A DNA stretch of 58,931 nt, the filler included, from Sphacelaria rigidula (taxonomy: Eukaryota), in the NCBI GenBank assembly GCA_964200075.2. It is 8 parts of 8 records of this genome, joined end to end, with 100 filler letters (N's around TTAATTAATTAA, not from the genome) between each part and the next. Parts side by side here need not be neighbours in the genome. Positions count along the whole stretch, not along the records: positions 22,141 to 29,419 come from CAXNAA020015650.1; positions 29,520 to 36,797 come from CAXNAA020015651.1; positions 36,898 to 44,175 come from CAXNAA020015652.1; 5 more parts are not named here. One strand, given 5' to 3'. This document shows, piece after piece, positions 26,001-37,687 of the stretch. Under the pieces are notes generated by a model. That model was given only the letters and a program-made list of their open reading frames with translations. It did no database searches and had not been told where the DNA came from. Positions within the stretch are counted from its first letter, which is position 1, and every line of letters starts with the position of its first letter. A program made the translations under genes and the position numbers.

Positions 26001-26489
26001 GGCAAAGCCAGACGCTACGGCATGATGTGCACGGTACGCCGAACATGGTTCACGTTACCCTGCTCCAACGGAGGCTCACAGTTTTTCATGACGTTGTTGC
26101 CACACTCCAGACCCGTACAGCAGTCTGCGGTAGTGCTGAACGCGTCGAACTCGTTGCCGGTGGCGCAAGCAGGAGTAGGCCCGGTGGTAGGAACCGTAGG
26201 AGGTACCGTGGGGGTGTGGCAGCTTCCGGGGTTGGCGTGACGGGAATTTCTGTTGGGCTGGTGGGAATCACGCACACTGTTTTGTATGCGATGGATTCGT
26301 GCGCACGCTTCACGAGGGAAATATGTTGGAAAGATGTGAACTGTGAGAAAACCCTAAAGGAAACTTATACCCTGGTATCCATTTTCGCCCGAAACACGAC
26401 GTCAAGTGTGAATACCCCACCCATCACAATCCACGAAACCATGAGGTGCGCACTCTCACTTCTTCTGTTCTCGAGGTAAATTTGTCTAT

Positions 26490-26860
26490 TGTGCGTGCGT
26501 TGTCATGCGTGCGTTGTCATGCCATCTATTCTGGACGCCGGTCTACACCTTTCGGTATACGGGGGCGCACCAGCCGGGGTCACACAGGAGGAAGATTACC
26601 ACAGGAGTTGTTTTTGTTTGTTTGTTTGTTTTATTTTCCACCTTCCTTTTGCGGTGCTTGCCTTCATTGTTTTTCAAGAGAGAAGTTCAGCAGTCCCTTT
26701 CCCTCGTCGACCGTTGAGTCGAATTTTGTGTACCCACGACATGGTCGCTCTCCACTGTTGGGCATTGTGTGAGAAAAAATCTCAGATCACTCCGAGATTC
26801 GAACCCACGACCCAGCCGTCAGAAGGCTTCGAGGTTACCAACTAAGCCACCGGGGTGACG
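26490..26860 (-). mobile_element. tRNA-derived SINE (family C) in an intron of the Cys-rich gene
   Basis: CCCCGGTGGCTTAGTTGG A box, GGTTCGAATCTC B box; colinear with 22385-22734. Confidence 0.8.
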
Positions 26861-28254
26861 GGCCTCTATTGTAGTGGCTATAGGAGACGGGTCTTTTTAT
26901 CTCACTTTCAAACCTACATATTCCTCGTCATGAGTCCGTGGTATCGAGGGATCAACCCATCTCTCTCCCGGTACACACTTTGTAGTTTTATTCTCGGCTT
27001 ACCTGTCGTTTTCCTTCAGAACCCTGCGTATGTTCGGGTTGATCTTGAATAAAGAGCTAAAGGCGTTTCAACATCTGAAGAACGCACGTCTTCGAGAGAC
27101 CTCTCGCAGAATATAGGCTCCCATCCTGGGGGCTTGATTTCTGCTTCGAATATGTGTGCCGTGTACCACACTGAGCCGTCCATTCAAGAGCAGGTTTCCT
27201 CCGAGGGTAGGTATGGACATGAAAACTCACAGTCAACTTCGCCGTTGTTGCCTCATTCTAAGCCAAGGCTGCAGTCCGTAGTTGCGGCACACGCATCGAA
27301 CTGCCTCGCGAACGTTGGAGTAGCTACAGGGTACGGCGTCGGAGCCACGGGAGCCAAGCATATTGCGGACGTGCCTCCACGGTGCATTGTGCGGGAAACG
27401 AACCGACGGGTATCACGTCCACCTCGTTGCCGGCTCTGCTCTCGCTGACAGGTTTGCGCATAGGTCAAGAACAGCCTATCATACATGACCGGCCTTTGGA
27501 CGTAGACGTCGTTGGTTGCTTTCAGCAAGAGTGACGCAACAACGTAAAGTGCCGGCATGTAGAACGAGGAAACTCACGGTCCACCTCGCCGGTGTTGCCG
27601 CACGCGAATCCCCGACAGTACTCCGCATCGGTACTGCACGTGTCGAAGCCCCTGGCGCACGCAGGAGGAGTGACCGGGTCCGTCGTTGGAATTACGGAAA
27701 ATTCCGCGGGGGTGATAGTGGGAGGCTTCGTGAGGGTGACAGGAGAAGGCGTAGTAGCACCTTCATCCATGCAGGCTGCAAGGAACGACGAATGACCAGT
27801 GTAAGTACAGGTATCCGAAGGCGAAAGGGCTGGTTGATGTGTGTATTATCGTATGATCAGTGCGCGAAGCGCCCCTGCCGCCGCTGTAGTCGTAGAAAAG
27901 TGGCTGGATAGTTTATTCAAATGGCACCAAGCACAATCTGTACAGTCGTTTTGTTGTACTAGAAATCTCGCTCATCGTCATTCACCCAGACCTTTCCCTC
28001 GCAGCACGGCCTCTCGGTGGTGGCGCCGCACCTGTCAGAGTATACGCCGCACCTATTGGCCGTGCACACTGGAACAACCAAATCAATGACACCATAATCA
28101 AACGTATCCAACCCATGAGAGTGGGCGTGAAATGAGGAGGCATGGCGTCATTACATCGTGAAATAGCGCCTTACATCATACTCAGAAACATGTGGGTATG
28201 AAGCACTAGATGCACGGCAGTTGGAAACGAACGCATATGCTCCTGCATCATCGT

Positions 28255-28475
28255 GAAATGTCCATCTGAGATATGGGAGTCCATCTGGGATATTCATAAA
28301 AATGTCAGATCCATTTCAGATAATCTTCTGGGATGTGGATCCTTTTGAGATAATCATCTGGGGTGTAGACGCTCATCTGGGATATGACATTCCATCTGGG
28401 ATACCCACCTCCCATATTGACCTCCCAGATGTGCGTCCCAGATGGACACCCGCATTCCAGATGGGTGTCCACATG
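28255..28475. repeat. Intronic low-copy repeat built from CATCTGGGAT motifs (direct and inverted); MITE-like
   Basis: Multiple CCATCTGGGA units followed by inverted CCCAGATG units. Confidence 0.5.
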
Positions 28476-29779
28476 ACAGATGAAGATTGAAAAACAGTGC
28501 AAGGCTTTTTGAACGACCTTGCAAAACCCGACAATTGTACCTTTCAAACTGCCAATAGTGGCGCAGTTGTAGGGGGAGCAGCAGTCGGCGTCCACATCGC
28601 AGGTGCTGCCTAAGCTCGCGCACTCTATGTCGGAAGGGGGCTTGGTGGCGGAAGAAATCGCGCACAAGTTCAGGACGCCGTTGTTTCCATACTCCAACCC
28701 CTCGCAGCAGTCATTGGAATCGGTGCACGGGTCGGATTCCCGGGCGCCGGCGGGGGAAGCGACCGGGTCTGGCGTCGGAGCGATGGAAGCCCCCATCGGA
28801 GCTACCCCAGGGAACCACACTGCGAAGAAGAAGTTCACATGAAGCGTGCACGACAACAATTGGGGCGAGTTAATTAAAGACCCAGCGTCACACTTTCGGC
28901 TGTGGCAAATTTGACCACGATTTCGTGGCAGAGTCATGCCGCTGCCGCCTGCTTCGCCTACTGGGATTTCTCTGCTTCACTTCATCACGACAATGTTCGC
29001 ATTATTCACGAGAAACATCTGGATGAATGACTCACGCTTCTCTTCGTCGTTGTTTCTGCACACCAAGTCTTCGCAAACAGTCGATGTCTACCGCGTACCC
29101 AGCGAACTGTTGCACACAGGTAGGGGCGGGCTCTGGGGCCGGTGCCACAGATGTGACACATAAGTCCATCTGGCCATTACTTCCGCATTCCAAGCCCACA
29201 AAGCACTCCGTGGTGGTGGCGCACGCATCGAACTCGCAGGCACAGATAGAGGCAGGCTCTGGGGCCGGCGCTGCAGATGTGGCACGCAAGTCCATCTCGC
29301 CATCGTTCCCGCACTCTAAGCCCTCGCAGCAGTCGGGGGGGGGGGTGCACGAGTCGAATTCCCGGGCGCAGGTGGGCGGGGGAGTGACCGGGGCTGGGCT
29401 CGGCGCGTCCGGTATAACGNNNNNNNNNNNNNNNNNNNNNNNNNNNNNNNNNNNNNNNNNNNNTTAATTAATTAANNNNNNNNNNNNNNNNNNNNNNNNN
29501 NNNNNNNNNNNNNNNNNNNGTGGGTGGTAGGTGTTTGGTGGCTGGGGGGGGGATTTTTGGGTGATGTGGGGGGGTGGTGGTGGGTCGAGTTACACCGCAT
29601 ATGAGATGTGCCATCCTTTGAAAACAACGCCACAAAGCGCGGCGAAATTGTATAGTGAAAACCCCTCACGTACGGATCATGTACCGTGGTTTACATTTAC
29701 CGCTGCGACCATCACTCCGTGGTGGCAACAACGAGTAATATATGCCTTCCTCCTCAGGCGGTTAACAGCTGATCATTCC

Positions 29780-30470
29780 GATTCATGATATTTGGGTTCA
29801 AAATGGACCAACTTGTCATAACCCTCTTTGTCGGGAACGAAAATGCCGTCAACGGCATCACTTTGTTTTGCACGTTTTCTTTACCATGAAGAAACATGGG
29901 ATCATGTTCAACTCTGCGCGTCATGGGCGCAGGGGGTATCTCCTTCGAGCAATGAAGTTGCAGATGCCCAGCTACACAGTAGTACTACACGGCACGTAGA
30001 CCGATGTGGTGAAAACTTAAAAGTCACCGAGGCACTAACCCTGGTATAACTCAGCGCTGACTCGAATGATGTTGCCGTATAATCCAGTGATGACATTTTC
30101 CACTTTCTAAGCTATACCACATGATAACTGGGTTCACTCATCATGATGAGTTTTCCGACGTGTGCAAGAGTGCCAACACTTTGATTCGCCGAAAGGGCAT
30201 GCTTGATTCCCAGTAACGCGTTCCTTTTCGTCAGCCTGATTATGTCATGCCCATAATTTCCAACACCATATGTTCCCCACCAATGAACGCTTGGTCGTGG
30301 CGAAAACGTCCTCCATACTTTTGATCACCGGGGAGTGGTATTTCTGCCCCCAGCGGGCTACGCGTACGACCTCCTCGCTTTCTCTTCGAAACTTGAGAGT
30401 CATGGAGTGAAAGAGAGCGAGGAGGACGTTACGAACGAGGAGAAATGTATTCAACAATTCAAACAATACG
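29780..30470 (-). pseudogene. Possible degenerate Harbinger/IS5-like DDE transposase
   Basis: Minus-strand remnants RRKTHH...VITGLYGNIIRVSAELYQG..GDF.VFTTS...RYPL...RVEH resemble the DDE_Tnp_4 motif order; many stops. Confidence 0.35.
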
Positions 30471-31442
30471 CGTCGGAGTCTTCGCCGGGTACCAGGAATC
30501 CTGCGGGTTTCGCGTCCAAATTTGACGGCCAGGCAACACGAAAAATTACGATACTGGTGTCCCGAAGGGCATTACATACGTAATCCACGTGAAGTCACCA
30601 AACAAGCAGAATAATATATGCTCCTTCAACACAGGATATAAATACAACATATACAGCGCGAGTGTTCGGTGCGGATAGCCAACACGCGTCCCGAATTTGG
30701 CCGTCAAGCGCTGCTAGAGTCGTTCACATGTGCCTCCCAACACGTCACTTGATCAGTCGAAATTCGACAAAACTGAAAAAACAAACTATAAACTGGTGAA
30801 CCTTCATGATAAAACGTGGTGTCATACATACAACAACACTTCGCATACACGACGCCAGCGGAGTTGTTGCACACAAACGAAAAGCACCGTCATGTATGAT
30901 TGGACTATGCGGGGTATCTTCACGCACGAAACGCCTTTCATGCCTTTTCACCTGCGTTATCACCGGCCGATCGTTGCTCTATCCTTAGCTAAGCACCCAC
31001 CAAAACATCCGCGATCAATCATCAGCATACCAGGCGCAAACCGTCGGCGGGTGCCAACAAGTATCATCATAGATCATCGCACCCTACTGGACTCACCTTC
31101 AGAGACTGTTCAAGTGCTGAAGTGAACGCGCAGTGACAGTGTGAGGCGGATCGCTTACAGACGCTTCGCCAGGAACAGAGTCGTGTCGTTTGGTGTTTGG
31201 TAAATTGGAGATAGGATTTCGGCTAGAGGTACGGCTACCGCGCCCTAGCTCTAGGTAGCCCCAAACCCACTAGACTCAATCTTTTGGCGTCTCCGAATTA
31301 AGATCAGGGATGGCTACACAAATTTAGAGTACGAAGTATGTACGAGTCACGGTTCTTGTACGAATAACTGGTGGGGAAAACGCCTATGAGGTTCATACCG
31401 CACGAATGGCAACTGAGAAACATATGAGCTTGATTGATGTCC

Positions 31443-32380
31443 TGGGCCATTGGTGGGGAACATGTACATGTGATCCATGTCTTCTTCACTGGTGGGAAGC
31501 GAGAAATAGCATCCGTCTCAGCATAAATCGTTCGATTTCATTCGTTCAAACAATCCAAGCACTTAATCCACGCATCAATGGGCACCGAGGCAGAGATGGG
31601 TTGATCCCCTGAGACCACGGACTCGTCCCGAGAATGGGGAGGGGTTCGAAGTGCGAAACATGAATGAATGAATGAATGAATGAATGAATGAATAAATGAA
31701 TGAATGAATAAATGAATGAATAAATGAATAAATGAATGAATGAATGAAATGGCGTTCTCTAATATCGCGCCTTGATCCTCTGGCTGCCGCGACAGGTCAT
31801 CTAATCGGCATCATCATCCCCCACCAAAAATAGATCACCAGAAATAGATGTGACCGAATGACAGACCTTAGCGGTCAAATTGTCAACATAATACAGCAAG
31901 TCTGGGTCACCTGTGTCTTTCATGTACTTATTAAAGTCGTGGGCCATTGGTGGGGAACATGTACATGTGATCCATGTCTTCTTCACTGGTGGGAAGCGAG
32001 AAATAACATCCGTCTCAGCATAAGTCGTTCGATTTCATTCGTTCAAACAATCCAAGCACTCAATCCACGCATCAATGGGCACCGAGGCAGAGATGGGTTG
32101 ATCCCCTGAGACCACAGACTCGTCCCGAGGAAGGGGAGGGGTTCAAAGTGCGAAACATGAATGAATGAATGAATGAATGAATGAATGAATGAATGAAATG
32201 ACGTTCTCTAATATCGCGCCTTGACCCTCTGGCTGCCGCAACAGGTCATCTAATCGGCATCATCATCCCCCACCAAAAATATATCACCAGAAACAGATGT
32301 GACCGAATGACAGACCTTAGCGGTCAAATTGTCAACATAATACAGCAAGTCTGGGTCACCTGTGTCTTTCATGTACTTAT
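31443..32380. repeat. Tandem duplication (31443-31931 and 31940-32380), each copy containing a family-A tail and a (TGAA)n microsatellite
   Basis: Near-identical copies differing mainly in TGAA array length. Confidence 0.9.
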
Positions 32381-33041
32381 CAGAGCAACATGAAGCCGAC
32401 TCACCACATGCCCTACCCTGGTCGAAGTTGCGGAATATGCACTAAAACGGGGGGCTCTGCCAAAACAAATGGCCAGGGAACCAAGCATTTGATTCATGCC
32501 GCACAGGCTACAGGGGAAAAGAAAATGTTTGATGAATGGTTGGGAACAAAGGGTGGGATGCATACGCGTATGTTGGACCAAAGGTGGGAAGCATGTCAAG
32601 ATGTTTTCAACGCAGTGTGTCTCTCGAATCACGAGCATGTGACACGTGAGAACCAAACTCGTGTACGAATCAAGTGTCGGATTGAAGATGGAAATAATGA
32701 CCTCTTTCGCGACCCTTGTACAGGTATAAGGAGCTCCTTCCAAAATGACCGCATCGATAGTACTGCCTGGATTCAAACCCTCCTCCCTCCTCCCTAACCC
32801 CAAGAATCTACGTTTACCATCAAAACCACCAGGGCGCAGTAACAATATGTCTGGATCACACGTGATCGGGGGGGGGCGGGGGGGTGCCTAGTTGTTACAT
32901 ATCGTTTTCGACCTTCCAAAATGCAAAAAACTTAAATGAAGATCACATAGATTTCGAATAGCTATTTCCGAGCAACACATCAATCACCCTCGAAAACCTT
33001 TTGAAAAGAAAGGAGTTGAAGATCTAGCGACCAAACAACAA

Positions 33042-33330
33042 CCGGTCGCCCCTGTGGCCGAGTTGATGACCACGAAACCTCCTGACGGTTGGGTGTCACT
33101 AACTCGACTTAACGGTCGACGACGGAAAGGGACTGCTGAACCCCTCTCGCGATAAACAAATAAAGGCAAAACACCGCAGGAGGAACGTGAAGAACTAAAA
33201 TACATGAAAAAAAACTCGTGTGCTGGGTTTTTCCCTCCTGTGTGACCCCCGCTGCTGCGCCCACATATATCAAGAGGAGTACACCGACGTGCAGAATAAT
33301 GGGAAGATAAAACGCAACAACACACAACCA
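33042..33330 (+). mobile_element. SINE family C copy with internal deletion
   Basis: CCGGTCGCCCCTGTGGCCGAGTTG head; the B box is missing; the body matches the other copies. Confidence 0.7.
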
Positions 33331-33345
33331 ACTATCAACAAGTAA

Positions 33346-35493
33346 GAGGGCAATGGTCTAGAGAAGGTATACCTTCTCGTGTTTTGCCTAACAAAGGTAA
33401 GAAAGTGGCCAGACACGCAAAAACAGCCTAACACGCCGTTTGAAAGGTTACTCGAGAGATATGGCCACGCGAGAACGGACGTTTCGCCTCCAGAAACCGC
33501 TGACCTTTTGTAGGCCAAATTTCGCCCAGGTATACCTGATGTAGGAATTCGTTTTCAATCGTTCCTTATCTGAGCCACCGATCGACCGAGAACGTATTTG
33601 TGCTAGGCTATCGCTCTCTACGCTGTACCTGACGTGGCATATCGCGCGTAAGGGAGACTACGCGCCAAGTTCAACCATGGCGCCCACACATTCGGCTGTT
33701 TTCCCGCTCATTTGCCGTTCACGGACGCCACGACGACCACGCCTCTTTCTCCCGGGAAGTGGTTCCCGAGTCTCGCGGCATCAACACAACAACTGGAGTC
33801 ACAACTCACAGCGCGTCGGTCTTTTGTGATCCCGGGGGTTGTGAAACACCCAGACCGTACCGTTTCGATCGTGGTGCTGGTGTCAGGGTCAACTTATTTT
33901 CAAAAGATTTCAGCCTCTTGCGAGTGCTTTCCAGCATGCACGATAGGGATGGATAACAAGAGCACCCGCCTTAATAAATTGTCGCTGAACGCACGCACAC
34001 CCCACCGAGTCCGCGTAAATCTTCCTTGGGAGTACTTCAAACTGCTCAATCAACCCCAACAATGCGACACCAATCTTCTTCCCTCCTTCGCTACTACCAT
34101 GATGTAGTAGATGTAGTAGCGGCTGGGCCGCCTACGAAGCTCATTTTACTTCACCTCCTTCTCACTGACACGATACATCGGGTTGTGCCAGTAGAGTTAA
34201 CCGGCGTTGGGCTACAAATGTCCATGCGAGAATCGGACCTTCAGTACGACTGACAGCCCTGTGTGCTCCTCGCTTGCGCAGAACGCATTTTCGTTGCAAT
34301 AGGCGCCACAGGAGCCGATTTGGGGTCTGCAAAGGCCGCACTTTGCTGAGGGAATGCTATGCACTGCCCTTGCCCGAGAGTTCTCGGTTTTTGTTGGGGT
34401 TGGGGTCAGGGTTAGGGGTAGCGATACTCGTAAACTGTGTCAACCATGAACATTTGTAGCCCAGCTCCCGTTAACTAGCCTACTACTATGACACATCATG
34501 GTAAGCGGCAAATCAGTGCCCGTCCTCAAATCCACGTAGCACTGCGATTCAACAAGATCTACTTAAAAGGAAAACCAAACTGTACAGCCTTGCCTTTCTT
34601 TGCAGCTTTCACTCATTTGCGCATCTGGGGCGGACACAATCCGAGCTCTTCGCTGGCCGTTGGGGATTGCTATCCACGGTACCGATAGACGTGATATGTG
34701 TGTTCCGCGGGTGTTTTCGTTGGGCGCACCATACTCTGCACTGTCGTGTTGAACGCTATTACTGCTCTGTTCCTATTTCTATATGCGTAGCGACCAGTAC
34801 TGTATCCGTTGCTTGAACTGACCATCGATGATGCGACAACCTCCCGTTGGTGAAGATCCTAGCTTGACCCTGACACCAGCACTACGATCGAAACGGTACG
34901 GTCTGGGTGTTTCACAACCCCCGGGATCACAAAAGACCGACGCGCTGTGAGTTGTGACTCCAGTTGTTGTGTTGATGCCGTGAGACTCGGGAACCACTTC
35001 CCGGGAGAAAGAGGCGTGGTCGTCGTGGCGTCCGTGAACGGCAAATGAGCGGGAAAACAGCCGAATGTGTGGGCGCCATGGTTGAACTTGGCGCGTAGTC
35101 TCCCTTACGCGCGATGTGCCACGTCAGGTACAGCGTAGAGAGCGATAGCCTAGCACAGATACGTTCTCGGTCGATCGGTGGCTCAGATAAGGAACGATTG
35201 AAAAATAATCCCTACATCAGGTATACCTGGGCGAAATTTAGCCTACAAAAGGTCAGCGGTTTCTGGAGGCGAAACGTCCGTTCTCGCGTGGCCATATCTC
35301 TCGAGTAACGATTTGTTTCCCCCTTTTGTTTCGAGACCTGGGTTCCAATAGCCCCCCCAGGTGATGTGCGTGAAATATTCGGAGCGGAAACGGTCAAAAT
35401 GGCGTGTGAGGCTGTTTTCGCGTGTCTGACCATTTTTCGTACCTTTTTTCAGCAAAAAACGAGAAGGTATACTTTTTCTAGGCCATTGCCCTC
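33346..35493. mobile_element. Non-autonomous long-TIR (foldback) DNA transposon, GAG termini
   Basis: Left arm 33346-33892 and right arm 34864-35493 are reverse complements (ORFs 33712+ and 35044- give the same peptide); the right arm has an extra ~85 bp; termini GAGGGCAATGG. Confidence 0.85.
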
Positions 35494-36897
35494 AATAAAA
35501 AGGATTTTTTTCAATTGAAATGCCATCTGATATACATCCCCTCCGTCTCTTCTCCCGGTCCTTATGGGGAGCAGATTGTATCACCCTAATACTGGCATTT
35601 GGGATGCTATAGGTAGTGTTATTTAAGAGATATACACACACATACACAGTAAATGTCCCACAAAGGTTTCTGGTAAAAAATCACACGTCGGACAGATCAT
35701 GATCTTTCTGAAACAACTAATCAAAGAATACTCTCGAGTCCGGTGATCCAAAAAAAAAATATACATGACCGCGGAGTCAGAAAAGTCAAAGCGCAACCTT
35801 TGCATCACTCGGCGTGCTCAGCGTCAGGCGCTTTGAGGAGCAAACATGGAAAAGGGGGGCCAAAGGATCCGGATCATGATCCGAATCAGTATATTGATCA
35901 GCAATTTTCAGATGGGTCATGTGCTGTCCGACGTGTGTGAAAAATGGACCGACGTTGCCCATTTCATACGATTGTCCCTTGAATTTAGCTATTGTCCGCG
36001 GATTTCATCAGCGCAAAGCAGCCAGTGATCACTCAAAAACGCTCCGACAAGGCATAGGTAGCGCAGCTTGAAGAATAACAAGGCGTATCAAGAGCTTTTT
36101 CCGCGTTTTTTTATTCCATCGTTTCTTCACACTTCCCATTTTCTTGACGTCGTGTCCAAATAGTGGCGGCTACAAGCCAATTTTGGGCTATCACATAAAC
36201 GTCCGTCGTCCGTTCGGCCGCCTGAAGGAATTGGCAGCCTGACACAAAAATTGATGGATTTCAACTGAAAAACGCCCCAATAATGCAGCGAAAAACGACA
36301 TGAGCTTGGACACCGTCAACGACCCGTGCGTACAATCACAACCAACCAGACGTATGAAACAAGAGGCAATATATATATATATTGATGAAACATACGTTAT
36401 CTGAAACTTTAAGACAGCACCCTACACGTTTTTCCACCTCCTCAACTCAACTTCATTTTCATTTTTACCGATCAATTGTTCGCGGTGTATCGTATCGACG
36501 GGTTCCAGAGAAGCGGACCGAAAGTACATTACGTACTCTACAAGTGAACGATACACTTAATTGATCTGATTGATGGATTGATTGTCACCTTTTAACTCAC
36601 CCCCCAGGGGTCCAGGCGTGGTCTCATGATAGGCGCACCCAAGAAAAAAAAAGACTTCAACACTCGATGAAGAAAAGAAGGAGCAGAGAAAAGTCGAACA
36701 GAACGACATGGTAGACTGCGACGTACAAAAAAGAATAATAACAAGAAATCAACCATACGTCGGACGAGCACGAGTGTCACTCGTGGCACTCGTGCTCNNN
36801 NNNNNNNNNNNNNNNNNNNNNNNNNNNNNNNNNNNNNNNNNTTAATTAATTAANNNNNNNNNNNNNNNNNNNNNNNNNNNNNNNNNNNNNNNNNNNN

Positions 36898-36962
<65 letters not shown>
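36898..36962. repeat. (ACA)n microsatellite at contig start
   Basis: Directly visible. Confidence 0.95.
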
Positions 36963-36963
<1 letters not shown>

Positions 36964-36967
36964 CAAG

Positions 36968-37212
36968 AGCAGCACCGCCGCTATCGGAGACGCCTCACAG
37001 CTGATACCTCCGACACCAACGCCACTTTACACACGAACGACAGCGGCCGCCCACCTGTCATTTTCAGTGGAAGTAAGCTATCTCGAGATCTACAACGAGA
37101 CAGTGCGGGATTTGTTCAATCCATCTGCCACCACAGCCGGAGGTGCAGGAGGTGCAGGAGGCGGGGGGGGAGCGAGCGGTGCTGGGGCGCTACGAGTCCG
37201 TGAAGATCCAAG
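36968..37212 (+). CDS. Kinesin motor-domain exon (partial)
   Basis: Open frame ...AHLSFSVEVSYLEIYNETVRDLFNPS..(Gly/Ala loop)..LRVREDP, containing the kinesin SYLEIYNE.V.DL signature. The 3' boundary is uncertain (37212 or 37219). Absent from the ORF track because it has no start codon. Confidence 0.85.
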
Positions 37213-37292
37213 GCGAGATGTACTTATTTTGTAATTGCGGGACCCGACCGGTTTGATATATATATATATATATATACATACACACACATATA

Positions 37293-37687
37293 TGTGAAGT
37301 AAGCTTCGCTAGGGGTGAGACAGTACAGTTACGGGTCCCCAAGAAGAGCGCTGTCGTACCCTGCTGTCGAAAAATCTCCAAAGCGGGGCGTGATTCTCTC
37401 TCTCGTCATTTGGGCAAGGATCCGGACGTGACCGATGGTAGGCAAGGGGAAGAAGTGAACGAGGTAGCACGGTAGTACCGGCTACGTTCCACGAGGGTTC
37501 ATGCGGTGATCCCGTTGCTTTGGGGTCTTGTACCGGAGACCCGGTTTGTCTAGGTTGCCAAAGATCCAGTTTTACAGGTTTGAACGTTTTGGGTCCGCTC
37601 ATGTGTGTCACTGGCAGACCCCGTTCCTGAGACTGTTTCTCCGGTATATTTGGATGTGATTACGCTCATACATATGTGGCCTCCACA
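37293..37687 (-). repeat. 3' LTR
   Basis: Direct repeat of 41808-42210; adjacent to the PPT. Confidence 0.9.

Larger units (their letters stand above)
25850..29419 (-). pseudogene. Multi-exon gene (5' part lost in the gap) encoding tandem knottin/ICK-like Cys-rich modules with Pro/Thr linkers; decaying
   Basis: Exons (29419)-29036, 28819-28541, 27775-27578, 27362-27231 and 26276-26080, and probably one starting at 25951. Modules such as CAREFDSCTPPPDCCEGLECGNDGEMDL and CASLGSTCDVDADCCSPYNCATIGSLKA|C. Frameshifts at ~29076 and ~26210, a TGA at 27253-27255, and an acceptor reading CAA at 27363-27365. Confidence 0.8.

Noticed and set aside
13298-29419. Knottin exons and WSC exon as one gene or cluster
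   Set aside because: They lie on different, artificially joined contigs, and the WSC exon has its own ATG and signal-like segment.
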